Of a DNA stretch of 64,000 bases, positions 25,822 through 40,783 are shown piece after piece. Under the pieces are notes generated by a model, which saw only the letters and a program-made list of their open reading frames with translations, did not search any database and was not told where the DNA came from. The DNA is from Cycas panzhihuaensis (taxonomy: Eukaryota > Plantae > Cycadophyta), in contig CM041465.1 in the NCBI GenBank assembly GCA_023213395.1, positions 95,983,741 to 96,047,740 on the forward strand. Direction: 5' to 3'. Position numbers and translations under genes: made by a program. Position 1 is the first letter of the stretch; each line of letters starts with the position of its first letter.

Positions 25822-26440
25822 TGTTGAGAAAACCTAGTCTAAATAACCAAGAACAAACCATCAAGATCTAACTATTTTACAACAATAACAAGGATTTAAA
25901 ACTATAATAAATATAAGTATCTAAAAATAGAGATTATTCAATATACATAAGAAAGAATACATATTACCCAGTACATAGATTTTAACATGGTAAAACCCTA
26001 GCAGAGTGCTAAGGAAACATCCACATAGGAAAGGTATTGATCTTTATTAGTTAAGAATGAAAGATTATACATGCAGTCTCCATAGAATTTCCATAGTAGC
26101 AACAACCAAAAACCACATCCTTTCAATGCGATACAAAAAAAAATAATATACAATGTAATACAATTATCCTAAAATGGGTCATAATAAAGGCACATCAATC
26201 GTAGCCATCAGATCTAGGTCCCTTTGATGAATGACCTAGATTTCCTTTATAATTTGATAGGTATTGAGCTCTAGATTTCTACTTTGAGGGTTACTACCCT
26301 TGAACCCCTTTGCATCCCCCTTAGTCAAGGCGGGCTACCACTCTAGTTAGATCCTCCTGAGGAAAGATTAGTAGGGAAACTATGCCAACATATGTCTAAA
26401 AAATTAAAGCCTTCTCATAAGTGTTGTCATACATCTAATA
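25822..26440 (-). repeat. Tork-like 3' LTR
   Basis: Aligns with 30466-31063 and is adjacent to the PPT. Confidence 0.9.
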
Positions 26441-26499
26441 ATCTCTACCTTGACAATAATTTTCTTGATATCTTTCCTAGATGATTCATCATCTTTTCT

Positions 26500-29400
26500 G
26501 CAAGCCAAGAGAAGCCATAATCTATTTGAACTTCTCTAGTGGTACTAGTTTAGTGAACATGTCTACACAATTTTGAGGAGTATTAACCTTTTCAAGGGCT
26601 ACTCCACTTGCTTTAATAACATATCTTACAAAATGATATTTGACTACAATGTGATTTGTCATATTATGATAATATAGATTCTTGGCTAAGTAAATGGCAC
26701 TTTTACTATCACAAATTACCTTTACCTTATTTTTAACCCTTCCAAGCTCACCCAATAGACCTTGTAACTAAATTACCTCCTTATAAGCATGTGTTGCAAT
26801 AATATACTTAGCTTCTGTAGTGGACAAAACAATTGAACTATGAAGTTTAGACATCTAACTAATTGGACCATTTGTAAGAGTAACACATATAACCTAAAGT
26901 TGACCTTATTTTATCCAAGACTCTTGTAAAATCTACATCCACATATCCATAAATCAAATTACTTATACCACTAAAGATGATGTAATAATCACTTATACCT
27001 TTTAAATACCAAAGCACCCATTTCACTACCACTCAATGTTTTTTACTTAGATTTTCTATGTATCTACTAATCACACAAACTGCATGTGAAATATTAGGTC
27101 TTGTATATATTATGGTATATATTAAGCTTCCTATTGTACTAGAATAAGGTACATGAGATATATATTCCTTTTCTTCCTCAGAACTAGTATTCAAACTTGA
27201 AAAAAACTTGAAATAGGAAGTAAACAGGATACTAAGTTTCACATTCACCATACCAAATCTTATTAGTATCTTTTCCATATATTTCTATTATGACAAGCAA
27301 AGCCTACCATTCTTCCTATCTCTATGTATCTCCATATCTAATATTTATTTTGCTACTCTGAGATCCTTTATATCAAAATTCTTAACCAATTAATCCTTTA
27401 ACATGTTGATTTCTGCCACACTTTTATTTTCCATAAGTATGTTATCAACATATAACACTAAAATGATGAATAAACTATTATTCAAAGTTTTAAAATAAAC
27501 ACAATGGTTATACTCACTTCTTTTAAAATTCTAGCTCTCCATGAAGGAATCAAACTTCTTGTACCATTACTTGGATGATTGCTTCAAGCCATACAAAGAT
27601 TTCCTAAGCTTGTAAACAAGTCTATTCTTACCATCCTATATAAAACCTTCTGGTTATTCCATATATATTTCCTCTTCTAAATCTCCATGTAGAAATGTAG
27701 TTTTAACATCTAATTGATCCAACTCTAAATTAAGTAAAGCCACCAATGCTAACAGAACCTGAATAGAAATAAGCTTAATGACTGGTGAGAAGATTTCAAA
27801 GAAATCTATACTTGCTTTCTATATAAAACCTTTTGCCATCAATCTTACTCTATATCTATCCACTTTCTTATCAATAGCATCTTTCCTTTTGTAAACCCAC
27901 CTATAACCAATAGTTTTCCTACCTTATGGAAGCTCTACTAGGTCCCATGAGTTATTCTTCTCTATGGCATCCATTTCTTCATGCATAGCCCTTATCCACT
28001 TTGCACTATGGTCATCATGTATTACTTCCTGATAATATGTAGGTTCACCATCATTAGAAATCAAAGCAATAGTACTAGATAGGTTGTACCTTTCAAGAGG
28101 ATGCTTAACCTATATAGATCTTCTTATAAGTGGTTGAGAAATGTTGATATATTCCTATATTTCTCCTATAGGTTTATCTTCAGAAAACTCTTCCTCCTTT
28201 TCATCTTTTAAAGATGGTTGGGTTTCAACCTTAACCTATTTATGTTCATTTTTTGGTTCCTATTTTATTTTAACTTCTATATTTTTAAATTTTAGAAAAG
28301 AAGATTTATCAAACACCATATCTTTGTTGATGATGATTTTGTAGGTAGTAGGATCCCACAACCTGTATCCCTTAATTCCACCCTTATCATTATATCTAAC
28401 AAAGATGTACCTTTTAGATTTTGGGTCTAATTTAGCATGCTTTACTTTATCAAGAAAGGCATAAGCATCACAACCAAATATTTTCAAATTTGAATAATCA
28501 CATGGATGACTAGTCTATACCTCTTCTAAAATTTTATATTCTATTGCAAGTGATAGTGATTTATTTACTAGATAACAAGTTGTTAGAACTACTTCTACCT
28601 GCAAGCCCTACTCTATGCTTGCATTACTCAACATACTCCTTGCTCTTTCTAAAAGAGTTTTATTCATGCCTTATGCAATGCCATTATTCTACAAAGTATA
28701 ACTTGTAGTCTTAACAATCCCTAATTCTTTGTAATAGTTTTGAAACTCCAAAGAATTGAACTCATCTCTATTATCTATTTGTAAATATTTGATTAACCTG
28801 CTTGCACTCTTTTCAACCAAAGCTTTAAGTTGCTTAAACACACTGAATACATTAGAATTTCTCTTCAAAAAATAGACCCATACCTTCCTAGAGAAGTTAT
28901 CTATGAATATTATAAAATATAATGCTCCTCCATAAGATATTATAGTGGATGGTCCCCATTCATATGAATGGACATAATCTAGAATACCTTTTCTTATGTG
29001 ACTCCCTATATTAAATCTAAGTCTACATTGCTTTCCAAAGAAATAATATTTATAAAATATAAAATCTAAAACCTTCAAGTCAAGAAGTAACTTATGGTTT
29101 GTCAGCACTTTCAATCCTTTCTCACTCATGTGGCCCAATCTTTGATGCCATAATCAAGTAGGATCTTCTACTATCTTTGACATTACAACTGCTTAACTAA
29201 TTTTTGTACTTTTAATCAGAGTGTAAAGGTTTCCTTTCTTTAAAGACTTCATGACAACTAAGGCACCCTTTAACACCTTCGAAACTCCTCCATGACATGT
29301 ATACTTACAACCACTAGAATCTAATTTACCTATGAAATCTGGTTTCTTTTAAGTTTAGGTACATGTCTAACTTCTGTCAACGTTCTTACTATACCATTGA

Positions 29401-30394
29401 ACATCTTGATTTTGATACTACCAACCCCAACAATTTTATAGGAAACATCATTTCCCATGAGAACATCACTACCATCAAGAGGTTGGTATGTAGAAAACCA
29501 ACTCTTGTGTCAATACATGTGGTGAGAAGCACCTGAATCTAATAGCCAATCATTATAATAATGAGAAACATTGCATGTAACTAGGACATTATTATCTATA
29601 CCTTGAATCGATTCAGCCTAATTTACCTCCTTTGTAGGGTCTTCCTTCTTTTAGATCAAACAATCCTTCTTGAGGTGACCTACCATATTACAATGCCAAC
29701 ATCTTAGTTTACCCTTCTTTCCTTTTAACTGTAATGTTGATGTATCTCTAGAACTTTGTCCTCTCTCCATGGATCTACCCCTTGTTGCCATAGATTTTAG
29801 TATAGAGGTTTCTAAACTAGATCTCCTCCTCACTTCTTCAGTCAATAAGCCACTCACAATAAAGCCATAGTCTAGTTTATTAGTAGTACTAAGGCTAATA
29901 GAGGTGATAATGTTATTCCAGGACTCTGATAATGAACATAATAAGGTTACAGCCTTATCTTCATCCTCTAGATGTATACTAATACTAGCCAATTAACATA
30001 TAAGAATATTAAAGACATTTAAATGATCAATAATTTTAGTACCTTCATTCATGCATAATAAATATAGTTACCTCTTCAAGTAGATTTTATTGGTCATAGA
30101 CTTTATCATGTATAGGCTTTCTAACTTTGTCTATAATCTTACTACTCATTTTTCATTTGTAATATTAAATAAAACCTCATCCACCAAGTATAAATGTATT
30201 GTACTAAGGGCTCTTTTGTCCATGTCCTCCTATTCTTTATCAGTCATTCTCAATGGTTTCTTCACCTTGCCTTCCAAGGCTTTATACAATCCCTAATGTA
30301 CCAGAATGTCATATGCTATAAGCTTCCACAACTTGAAGTTATTTTTTCCATTGAACTTCTCCACCTTAAACTTTGCATTTGTTACTTTCATCAT
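26500..30394 (-). pseudogene. Copia gag-pol polyprotein (Tork-like), disrupted
   Basis: VEKFNGKNNFKLWK, CWHCNMVGHLKKDC, WLLDSGASHHM, GHMSEKGLKVL, LDYVHS..WGP, KIFGCDAY, YVDN (for YVDD) and CDSKSAIYLAKN. Confidence 0.92.
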
Positions 30395-30465
30395 TTGATG
30401 TAAAACAAACCAACACCAAACCCTTCATAGACTTGTTATAAAATATGAGTGGCTCTAATACCACT

Positions 30466-31063
30466 TATTGAGAAAACTTGATCTAAATAACCAAGAACTA
30501 GCCACTAAGATCTAACTATTTTGTAACAATAACAAGGATTTAAAACTGTAATAAATGCAAGTATCTAAAAATAAATAGTATTTAACATGCATAGAAAATA
30601 TATACACTACCTAGTATACATATTTTAATGTGGTAAAACCCTAGCAAAATGCTAAGGAAACATCCACACAAGAAAGGTATGGATCTTTATTAGTCAATAA
30701 TGAAAGATTATACATATAGTCTTTATAAAATTTCCACAGTGGCAACAACTAATAGTCACACCTTCATAATGTGATGCAAAAAAAATACTATACAATGTGA
30801 TATAATTATCCTAAAAATGGGTTATAAGAAATGCATATCAATTGTAGCCATCGGATCTAGGTAATTTTTATGAACATCCTAGATTCCATTTGCAATTTAA
30901 TAGGCATTAAGCTATAGCATTTTACTTCGAGGGCTACCACCCCTGAACTCCCCTCAATTATCACCTCCCTTAGATCCCCCTAAGGAAATATTGGTGGGAA
31001 AACTGTGTCAACAAAGGTCTTAAAAATTAAAGCCTTCTCAAAATTGTTATCACATATCTAATA
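30466..31063 (-). repeat. Tork-like 5' LTR
   Basis: Aligns with 25822-26440 and is adjacent to the PBS. Confidence 0.9.
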
Positions 31064-32773
31064 AATAGTACCTACATCTGATTCTAACAAACCCTAAGCT
31101 CTATAAAGGTGAAAAAGATAAAGGTCACCACTCTTAATAGAAGAGATAAAGCTCACTCAATTATACATGCCCTACACATTGGAATATAGTAAGGATAGGC
31201 ACCCTTTAACTAATTCTTTAGAATATGGATCAACAACTTAACATCTAAAGGCATAAGACCACCTCTCTCATCTAGAAATAACACCTAAGTAGAAAGAAAA
31301 CTAACCTCTTCTTCGATGGAAAGAAGGCCCCTACCCTAAAAGAGGCTAAAGGAGTAAATATAACAAATCCCTAATATAGCTAGCATGTAGTGTTAATTAT
31401 ATAGAAAGAGTAAAATAAACTAGCTAATCAAATGCAATGTTACTCCATAAATTTGATGAATTGTTATAAGTTTTATCCTCTTCTTCATTGGGCCTCTAAG
31501 AAAGAACGCATCAAAAATAAACATGCAAATATAAGATACAAATGTAACAAAATGAGATTAGGTCCTTTTACCCCTTTCTCTTTTCATTCTTTTCTCTTTC
31601 TCTATTTTAAAACAAACTTCTATGAGAAAGGGAAAAGGAGGCCAAACAATAATGCTCAAGCATGTAAGGAAACTACCTTTTCCTACTACTCTTCCTTATA
31701 AAGCAAAACTATGGATTAAAATAATAATTTATGTTTTTTCTCCTGTAAAGAAAACTAGGGAAGTAGGGTTTGCAATAAGTACCTAGTGAGATGCCCCAAA
31801 TAAATAATTGTAGCCCTTATTTAAGTTGATTTTCAACTTGCCAAATTGAACCATTGACATGACTTAATAATGATTAGACCAACGCATGTTTTTAAAAGTA
31901 AAATTTCTAGGAAACATCTAATAACATTTCTACTTACAAGATTAAGTTATAATGAAAAGAAAGTTTGTATAAGAAATGAAAGTACTCTAAAAAATAGAAC
32001 AAAACCCACTTTGGTACTAACCTATATTATGTTCTTTTTGGTGAAATTTTGGTAGCATGATAGTTGTGTAATAAGCACTAAATTTTAATGGGGAAAAGGA
32101 TGAAGAGAGAGGAAGAGGAAGAGAATCTTTAAGCCACTCTAGACACTCCAAAAACCTATAATAAAATTATAGGGCTCCACCACTTATAAGAGTTAATGAT
32201 ATACAAAAATAATTACAATAAAAATAGATGGAAAGTTTATCAAAATAGTGAAATAAACTAAGCATGCAAAATAACTAATAGCAGATATGAAATGGACCTC
32301 AAAAAATAACAACTTGCTCACTTCTTTTAGAGACTGAATAAGCAATATTAGGCCTCTATTTGTCTATAAGATACTAACATACCATAAAGCTGAATCATGC
32401 AATAGAAAACAAGCTAAAAATAAAGCAACAAACTAGCATTTAAAAAAATATAAAGCAATACTAAAAAGAAAACCAAAGCAAATCTTAGGACAAAGGTGAA
32501 AATCTTAGATTTCTATGGGGGATTACCCCATTCTAAGAGATGGAGGGATTCTAATGGCTATCAACTCTAGCCATGAATACTCCAAAAATATCTAGTGATT
32601 AATATTAAAGCCAAAAGAGGAAGCTAATTAGGAAGAAGGGGTGAATTGAAGCAACTTAATAAAAATATGCTAGCATAACAATAGCTCAAATAAATTTCAA
32701 GTTGACTCCCCTTTTCCAAAGAAAAAAGAAAGGTATATATAAACGAGGGTGGAGGGTAAGGCCCATGGTTTCA

Positions 32774-32950
32774 AGCCTATAGATTTGGGAGAAACCATGG
32801 GGAAAATCCCATGGTTTTAGGAGGAAATGACATGATTAGGCATTTATTAGCCAAGGATTTCATAAAACCCCATGGGCCATCCATGGTTTTAATGAAGCCA
32901 TAAATGAGGCTCACATTTAGGTTCCATTAATATGTAGCCAAATGTAGGCT
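32774..32950. mobile_element. Possible PIF/Harbinger-type MITE rich in CCATGG palindromes
   Basis: Imperfect TIRs AGCCTATAGATTTGG and CCAAATGTAGGCT, followed by TAA. Several AAACCATGGG/CCCATGGTTT motifs lie inside and next to it. Confidence 0.35.
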
Positions 32951-33699
32951 TAAAAAAAAAGTACAAGTAAAAAAATCATATTGTGAAGTTTGGAATAGTA
33001 CCATGAAGAATCTTTGTGCTATTATAAAGCTCTAGTTTTATGATTTTTTTGTATAAAGAATAGTTTTAAAAGTCACAAATCAGTGTAGTATGATAAGAAA
33101 TATGGTAGGATAAGTAAAACAAGTTTGAGAAAAATAAGTCCAAAAGAGCAAGTTTAGGAAAAGAGAGACACAAGCATAGAAAAAAAAGGATGAAACATAT
33201 CTTGCAAAGTTACTAAGAGGTTGTTATTAACTCACCAAGCTTGAAGGGATAATAATAAGCCATCAACCATAGTTGAAAACATCATTAGTAAGGTACAATC
33301 ACACTCATCTAATAAATCAACTTATAAACAAGAGTACATACTCATAAGATAACTTCTCTAAACTACACTAAGTTAGGCTAAGTAAGGAGTAAGCACATAC
33401 CTTTACTTACCTATTGGTATGATCTCTATAACATTCCTAGATTATGAGAAATAGATGTTAGTTCAATTGATGTTAAGGAGTAGACTAAGAAGCCACTTGA
33501 ATGCAGTTTTTTACATGATCTTGTACAACTTAAATATGAGCCATTTAACATTAGTAAAGTAGCAAAGTTAGAATCATTTTAGCTTTAAAATCTAAATTTA
33601 AGTAGAAAGCCAAAGATAGAGTCAATGTAGAAGTTAAAGAAACTATTTGTATCTTCACCTTTATATTCTTTTTTTTTTTTTGAGGAAATAGTATTTGAA

Positions 33700-35290
33700 A
33701 ATAATGGAGGATGTTAAAAAGTTAGTAACTAGATTTGAGGGAAAATAGAAATAACAAATTCAACCTTCTAATCAAGTGAACATGGCTCTCATGGCACGTG
33801 TATTGGATGTTAGTGAACCATAAACTATTATAGAAGTTACCAAAGCGAAAAAGTGGAATGATATAATGGATACTGGAATCCAAGTTTTTAAGAAGAACTA
33901 TACATAGGATTTGGTCAAATTGCTTATTAGAAAGTATGCAAATAGTTGTAAATAGATCTAGAGAAGTAAATTTAAATTTGATAGATTTATAGATAAGTTT
34001 AAATCTCAACTTATAGAAAAAGGATTAAAGTATAAAGAGGGGATCAAATACCAAGAAACATTCACTCTTATGACAAAAATAAATACCATCCATCTCATTA
34101 TGGAAATGGTTGCATTATTTAATTAGAAGGTTCCCTAGATAGATATGAAAAACATATACTTGAATAGGGATTTAAAGAAAGAAGTCTACATGGAGTAGCC
34201 ACCTAGCTTTATTAAAAAAAGGTTAAGGGTACTTAGTATGCTGACTCAAGGACATATATAGCCTAAAATAGGCTCCTAGAGACTGATATAAAAAGATTGA
34301 TAAGTACTTTCTAATAATAGGTTTAAGAGGTCTCCAATTGATTTAAACTTATACATCAAATCTATAAATGATAAAGTTATATTTTTGGCATTGTATGTTG
34401 ATAATATACTAATTAAAAATAATGATATCAATATATTAGACTTGAAGATAGATCTTAATCATTTCTTTGAGATGGTAGATCTTGGAATTCTATACTACTT
34501 GTAATAGAAGTATAAGAAAGGCCCAGATCACAAGCAAAATATACTTGAAAACCTATGCCTACCCCTACAGAGATAGGTTTCAAATTGATAATAAAATATG
34601 GTGGAGTAGATATTGATATAATAATGTACAAACAACTAGTAGAAAGTCTAATATAGCTAATTACTACTAGACCTAATATTTCATTTATAGCTAGAATGAT
34701 ATCTAGGTTTATGGTACTTCTAAAATAGAGCCACTAGGAAGATTCAAAGAGGATTCTCACATATTTGAAGGGAACTATTTAATATGTACTTGAATTTAAG
34801 CATAATAATAACTTCAAGTTAATAAGATTATTATATTCTAATTGGGCCAAATATGTAAAAAGTAGAAGATTAACTTTTAATTATTATTTTAGTTTGGCTT
34901 TAGCTACTATCACTTAGAGTAGTAAAAATTAATCAAATATTGCTTTGCCCTCAACTGAAGTAGAGTATAAGGGTATAGTTATAGCTACTACTAAATCCAT
35001 TTAGTTATAATAGATTTTAGAGGATATCTAACTATAATAATTTGAATTAATTATATTGTATTATAATAATCAAAGTATATTAAGGATTGCAAAGAATATT
35101 ATGTTCCATGCTTACAATAAAGATATCAAGGTGCACCATCATTGTATTCATGGATTAATTTAGAACATAAAGATAAAGATTCTATACAGGATAATAAAAT
35201 AATAGTTAGATGACATCTTCACCAAACCACTAGTACATGATAAATTTTATATATTAAGGGAAGGTTTAAATATTAAAGTAAATAAAATAA
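33700..35290 (+). pseudogene. Decayed Copia RT-RNase H (possibly the 3' half of the 12030-14570 element)
   Basis: LMARV..SEP, KNYT*DLV, YVDN (34394), SNWA for SDWA (~34837), STEVEY and FH...KDIKVHHH. Confidence 0.85.
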
Positions 35291-35310
35291 ATATCAAGGA
35301 GGCAAATATT

Positions 35311-35643
35311 TGTTATAGATCATAAACTTAGGTTATGAGCCTCCCTCTTAGTTGTCATATTTTAGTTATTATTTATTTATTTTTATGTGAATTGGTGAGT
35401 CATTAGGGGTTATACTATCCATCTCATATACATTGATCTTTAAGTATTAATATTCCTATTGTGACTATATATAAGAATTTATTGTGCATTATAAAATAAG
35501 AGAGAGGAATTTATGGGAATGAGATTTATCTTTTAGTTTATAAAAATTTGTTTTCTTAAAGTGAATAGGTTAATCCATATCATTTTTAATTTCCTCTATG
35601 TTTTTAAATTTTTATAATTTTAATATTTAATTTTGATTTAACA
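35311..35643 (+). repeat. Copia 3' LTR (partner not found)
   Basis: TGTTA...TAACA, following a purine tract (AAGGAGG, ~35297) right after RNase H. Confidence 0.6.
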
Positions 35644-37779
35644 AGGCCAACATATCTGTTTCTACTTTAAAGGGGAAAAAAAAAAAGATTTTTAGCTTAT
35701 GATTTATTTATTTATTTATAAATTTGTTCAGCTTGGAAACTTGTATAAGATAAAGGAATGAACCACCTCCTTGATCATATTATAATAAATCATAAAAAAA
35801 AGATTTTAAAAGGAATTAAGACATAGCTTTTAAGCTTTAAGAAGGGAAAACATCTTAAACCACACCTATAAAATTATATTTCATGGTATGTTAGCTACAA
35901 GGTATATAGTAGGATAAATTCCCCTACTTAGATCATATCTTAAGTTGCTTACTTAGAAGATCTTAAGTTACATAAGATCTTCCACTTTTTTGGTTAGATA
36001 TCCTATAAGAAGAGGTAACCAATCTGATCTATAGATCTATCTATTTAAAACATACTCCTCAAGTGTATATTATACCTTTGAGATATATAAGTAAGTCTCT
36101 ATTTTTCCTTATGGGATTGGGTATACGATTATCATAAGTTTTGGAAGTACTTTCTTATGCATATTTTGGTGACCATACTAGGGGCAACCATATGATCTCT
36201 TGCTAATTACCTACCCTTATCTCTTGTCTCTTAGATAGGACATTGGTGTTTATAGAGTCTAAATCCTCATCATTTCGATCATTCATTAAGTTGATAAACT
36301 AAGATCCTCTATGCATTACATCATGGGGCCCTCTAGTAGATAAGATACTTGTATCCTTAATACTTTCTCTTAATAAGGGTGAAGATATATCAATGAACAA
36401 TATTTTCTAGGGTAAATCTATTAAAACCTAAAAATGTAAGAAAACTTGAATAATCTTAGTGGTTCCAAAATGTAGTGGGTCATCATTATAATATTTTTCT
36501 CAAAAGGCTACTAAATCATGGTAGGTCTTATGGCCTCCTTTAGAGGGATTATAATAATCCTAATCCTTTAGCTTTTAAGGTTATTTTAATCAAGCCCAAG
36601 GCCTTAAAGGTGTTCTTTGGAACTTACTTTTAAGTTGGTAAAACTAGCCTAAATAATATTCAAGGTTATGGTTGATACAAACTTTTATTTATATTCACTT
36701 TATGCCATAGTATAATGTATATACATGCACTTTTATCCTTTCATTCAATTTTGATATACTTCTTACTAATAATATTTGTTATATTTTATTAGTTTTAATG
36801 TTAATTATTAGTATATAGCCCCATTTATTACTATACACTTGGTTACATAGGCTATTAATGTGGCTACAGGGCCAAGAGCTAGTGGTCAATTGGTCTAATG
36901 GCTAATTAACCCACTTAACTATCCTCATATATAAATATATCATATTTAAATACAAAGAGACTCTCTAAATACTTTCCCAAGGACTTTGGAGAAGGGCTAT
37001 TACTTTGTGATGCAAGTTTTTATGCTTCATGGATTTATATTTTCAAGCATATACATATGTGATTTTCTAATTCTCTCCTTTTATAAGTGAGGGATTACTA
37101 AGATGAGCTTATAAGGGAGAGTGTAAAGTGCATAGATCAATGAAGGTAATGAGTGAAATGTGAGTGCATAAGATTGACATCATCCACTAGAGTGACATTT
37201 AGGTACATCCAATATTATGTTAAATGCTCTGACATGAGTATACAATAAACAAATTAATGAAATTAATATATATCCATACTTTATTATCTCTTCATATGCC
37301 ATATCTATCTTCTACATCATATCATTTGCATATATAATCACTTCAAACATATCCTTAATAGTAGGAGGTCCAATTAATTAAATTAGATGTGTGATTTTGA
37401 ATTGTACCTACACTAGTTCACCCTTCATTTTCTATTCTAAGTGTTAATCCTATAATGTTATATGGCCCAATATTTACCTATTAGGTCTATTACGTAGTAC
37501 ATATCACACATTTAATATTGTGTCTATATATTTAGTCTTATTGCACTTGTATTTATGTTCCTTCTCCTCTTTGAATGAATGGTATAAGAGTAATCATCAT
37601 AAGGCTCTTTTAATTGTTATATCTATCCTTTGAAAGTTTGAATCCCTTCCCCATAATTAATATTCAATTAAGATTTAACTTCTATATAGTTTGTTACAAT
37701 ATTATAAGCATTATATGTAGTGTTTTGATTATATTTTAGGAATAGTGAGTTCAAAGAGACCTACCCTCTCCATCTCAAA

Positions 37780-38900
37780 AATCATGGACCATAGCCATGA
37801 CTACCTTAGATAATTAAAGCCACTTAAAATAAGATAACTAAACCACATATATAAAGATGAAGCTTTAGAGGTTGTAAGATCAAACCTCATAAATATAAAC
37901 CGTAATTTAGTATTTGTGCAAGCTCCAAGCATGAAGAAACAAACCTTAAAGGTTGGAAAGACAAATCACCATGGGGCCATAAGCATAAGGGGAATGTAAA
38001 CCTCTCAAATGTTGTTACACTACATCACAAATATCCCTTTTTCATACATTAAAACTTAGCCCTAGAGTTTGTGTATGCTTTACCAACCAACAATCCCCAA
38101 CATCCCCCTACCCCTTATCCCCTAAAATGATGGGCCTAATATAGGACATGGGTTATAGATCAAATAAGGGACATATATATATAATAAGCCAAAGGTAAAG
38201 AATTAGACATAGGCTTTGGATTCATAAGTATATTAGAAGTTATGAGGACATCACAAAACTATTTAAGAACATTTGATCAAAGCCCATAAAAAATAAGATA
38301 TACCTTCTCAAAGCCTTTATAGTATACACTACATAAATCCATATGGATAAAACTCAATTATTTTTTCTTTAGTAGGATGCTCTAGCTTATACATATAATT
38401 AAAGAAGCTTAAAAGACATTATCTTGACCTAACAATATTAATACTAATAACCACTAGAATTTTCTCCTATAATACACAATTGGGATAGCTATTATAAGCT
38501 AATATATGCACATATATGGATAGCTTTAACTTTAAATGTCTTTGTAACTTGATGAGCTACCATCTCCTATTACATAACAAAACAACAAAAGTCCTCTAAT
38601 ATCCATTGGTAGAGAGACGTACCTATCCCAAACTAAAATTGTAATACTAAGGGCATAAAAAATCTTCATTTCCAAATCGTTGTTCTAAGTGGAAGAAAGC
38701 CAAGTTATCCTCCATTCCCTCTACTTGCTAGCTTATAACTCCTATAAGCACTCTCCTACTCATACCACGCCTTCTATTAGGTATAATGGGGCCTTCAGGT
38801 AGTACTTATAAGATAGGAAGATAATGGAAGAAGTGGAGGAGGAATAGAAATAGAGTTTCTCCTCCTCATTAGAACCATCCTCACTAATTCTAAATATCCT
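37780..38900 (-). pseudogene. Very decayed gag-like ORF remnant
   Basis: Long, stop-poor reading on the minus strand, then a G-rich linker, then two degenerate zinc-knuckle-like segments (~38020-37980 and ~37910-37860). Confidence 0.35.
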
Positions 38901-39108
38901 TACTCTTTAAGGTATTTCAAATCTCTTAAGACTAATCTATTATGCTTAATTATTCGCATAATTGTTGCTTATTAGTATAACATTCTTCTTACAGTAACTA
39001 TACCATCCCCATGCATAACTTGTTAATCATTTATCTTATTATTTAATAGAAATTTTTAGCCATATCTTATATATCTACATCTTCTAATAATACTAAAGCA
39101 TTTATGTT

Positions 39109-39420
39109 TGAAAGAGGTTAACATATCAAGGTCATTTGTGTAGATTAATTATGTGACCTTAGGATATATTATTAGTATTAGTCTCTTAATGAAATATACT
39201 TTATGTGCATTTAGATGTAATTTTGGGTTCATGTCATTAGGCGAGAAAATCCTAACCCTAATGCTCACCCTCAATAATAAAAGGTGAAATCTCAAGGAGG
39301 GAGTTATTATTCATTCTCACTTTCAAGCTTACTCTCATATCTTATTTCATCTTCTTTTTCATTCTCTATTGCCATTGTGTGCATGTGAGTGATTTATCTC
39401 TTAGATCCATCATTCCTTCA
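39109..39420 (+). repeat. Copia 5' LTR
   Basis: TG...CA termini. Aligns with 46230-46541. Confidence 0.95.
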
Positions 39421-40556
39421 TCTGATATCAAAGTTAGAAGGGGATCTATTCACTTGATTCCACTTGCATGGAGTCATTTTGCCTCTCCTTCACCTTCAAT
39501 GTGAAGTATTGAGAGTGCATTCATTATTTTTTTAACATTTTGAGAGCTTAAAATTATAGTATCTTGCATGTTGCTACTTTGTCCATGTGTGCAAAAATTT
39601 AGAGGTGAAGAATACAAGTTTTTAAAGTCATTCAACTGCCGGAACAGTCCCAGAAGCATTAAAGGCCCAAATTTTCATAAACATTTGACCATCTCAGAAT
39701 TTAATAAAATTTGGCATGCAAGGTCACCTTGACTATAGGATCATTTTTGTCTTTTAGAGAAACTTTAGATTTAGCCTGAAATAGTGAGTTTTGGCTGTGA
39801 CAAAAGGGTAAATTTTGTGGATAAGTGATTTAAAGCATTTTTCCTAATGAAATCCTTTAATTATAAGCTAAATATCTAAAAGTTTTATTAAGGGATCTGG
39901 TAGATTTATGTATTAAGATCAGTTTAAGATAAATCTCATCAAGTTTCATCTACTGGTTAGTGAGATCTATGTAGTTTTCTCACGATTGCTGATTTTGCCT
40001 ACTCAACCCTACAAAGGACCTTGCAAGGGCATTTCAGATAAATTTTTGGCAGATTTTTCAGATGGTATAGAAGGGAAAGTTAATGTAAGTGTTAAAATGC
40101 AACTTTTGACATATTGAACTTCAGATTCTGAGATAGCTGATCTGGCATGATTTTACTTTAGTGCTTTTTCGGGCAGAAAATTTTTTGTGCTTTTTCTAAA
40201 ATTTGACTTCATAAATCTATCAGAAACGATATTATGAACACTTTTTTCTTCTGTCATAAATTCATATTTTATCATTTAGGCCTTCATATTTATAATTTTT
40301 TTTAAATTTACTCATTTATCATTATTTGTAAATTTTGTGAAACAATCACAAAATAGGGTAAAATAGCATGCATATAGATTTAGAAAAATCATCATTTTAG
40401 TGGCAAGTTGGTCCACTTTTTATCCCATTATGGCTTTTGTATCAAAACTTCTAAAATTATATTTGGAAACATTGTACTAAAGCAAGGGAAACCTTGGATT
40501 AGAAGCAACATCTGGTTCCCCTATTAAATCTAGCATACTTTTTTATTTGCACATAT

Positions 40557-40660
40557 AAAGCATCACAAAAGCAGTAATAACAATAAAGCATCACAAAAGT
40601 AGTAACAACAACAAAGCATAACAAAAGTAACAACAACAACAAAGCAAGCACAAAAAGTAA
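40557..40660 (+). repeat. 28-bp tandem repeat (~3.5 copies) in the Copia leader
   Basis: Unit aaagcatcacaaaagcagtaataacaat and variants. Confidence 0.8.
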
Positions 40661-40783
40661 GCAAGTACATTTGGCAAGTTTCTATTTCAGTTTTCAATTA
40701 TACAGAAATATCTTACACTATTCCTAAAAGGAATCTCATCTGTATGATCTATACTACTAGTTCTTGACTTGTGTGCATATTCG

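Larger units (their letters stand above)
25822..31063 (-). mobile_element. Full-length Ty1/Copia, Tnt1/Tork-like
   Basis: LTRs at 25822-26440 and 30466-31063. tRNA-Met PBS (TGGTATTAGAGC, 30452-30463). PPT GTCAAGGTAGAGAT at 26441-26454. TSD AGTAG/AATAG. Confidence 0.93.
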
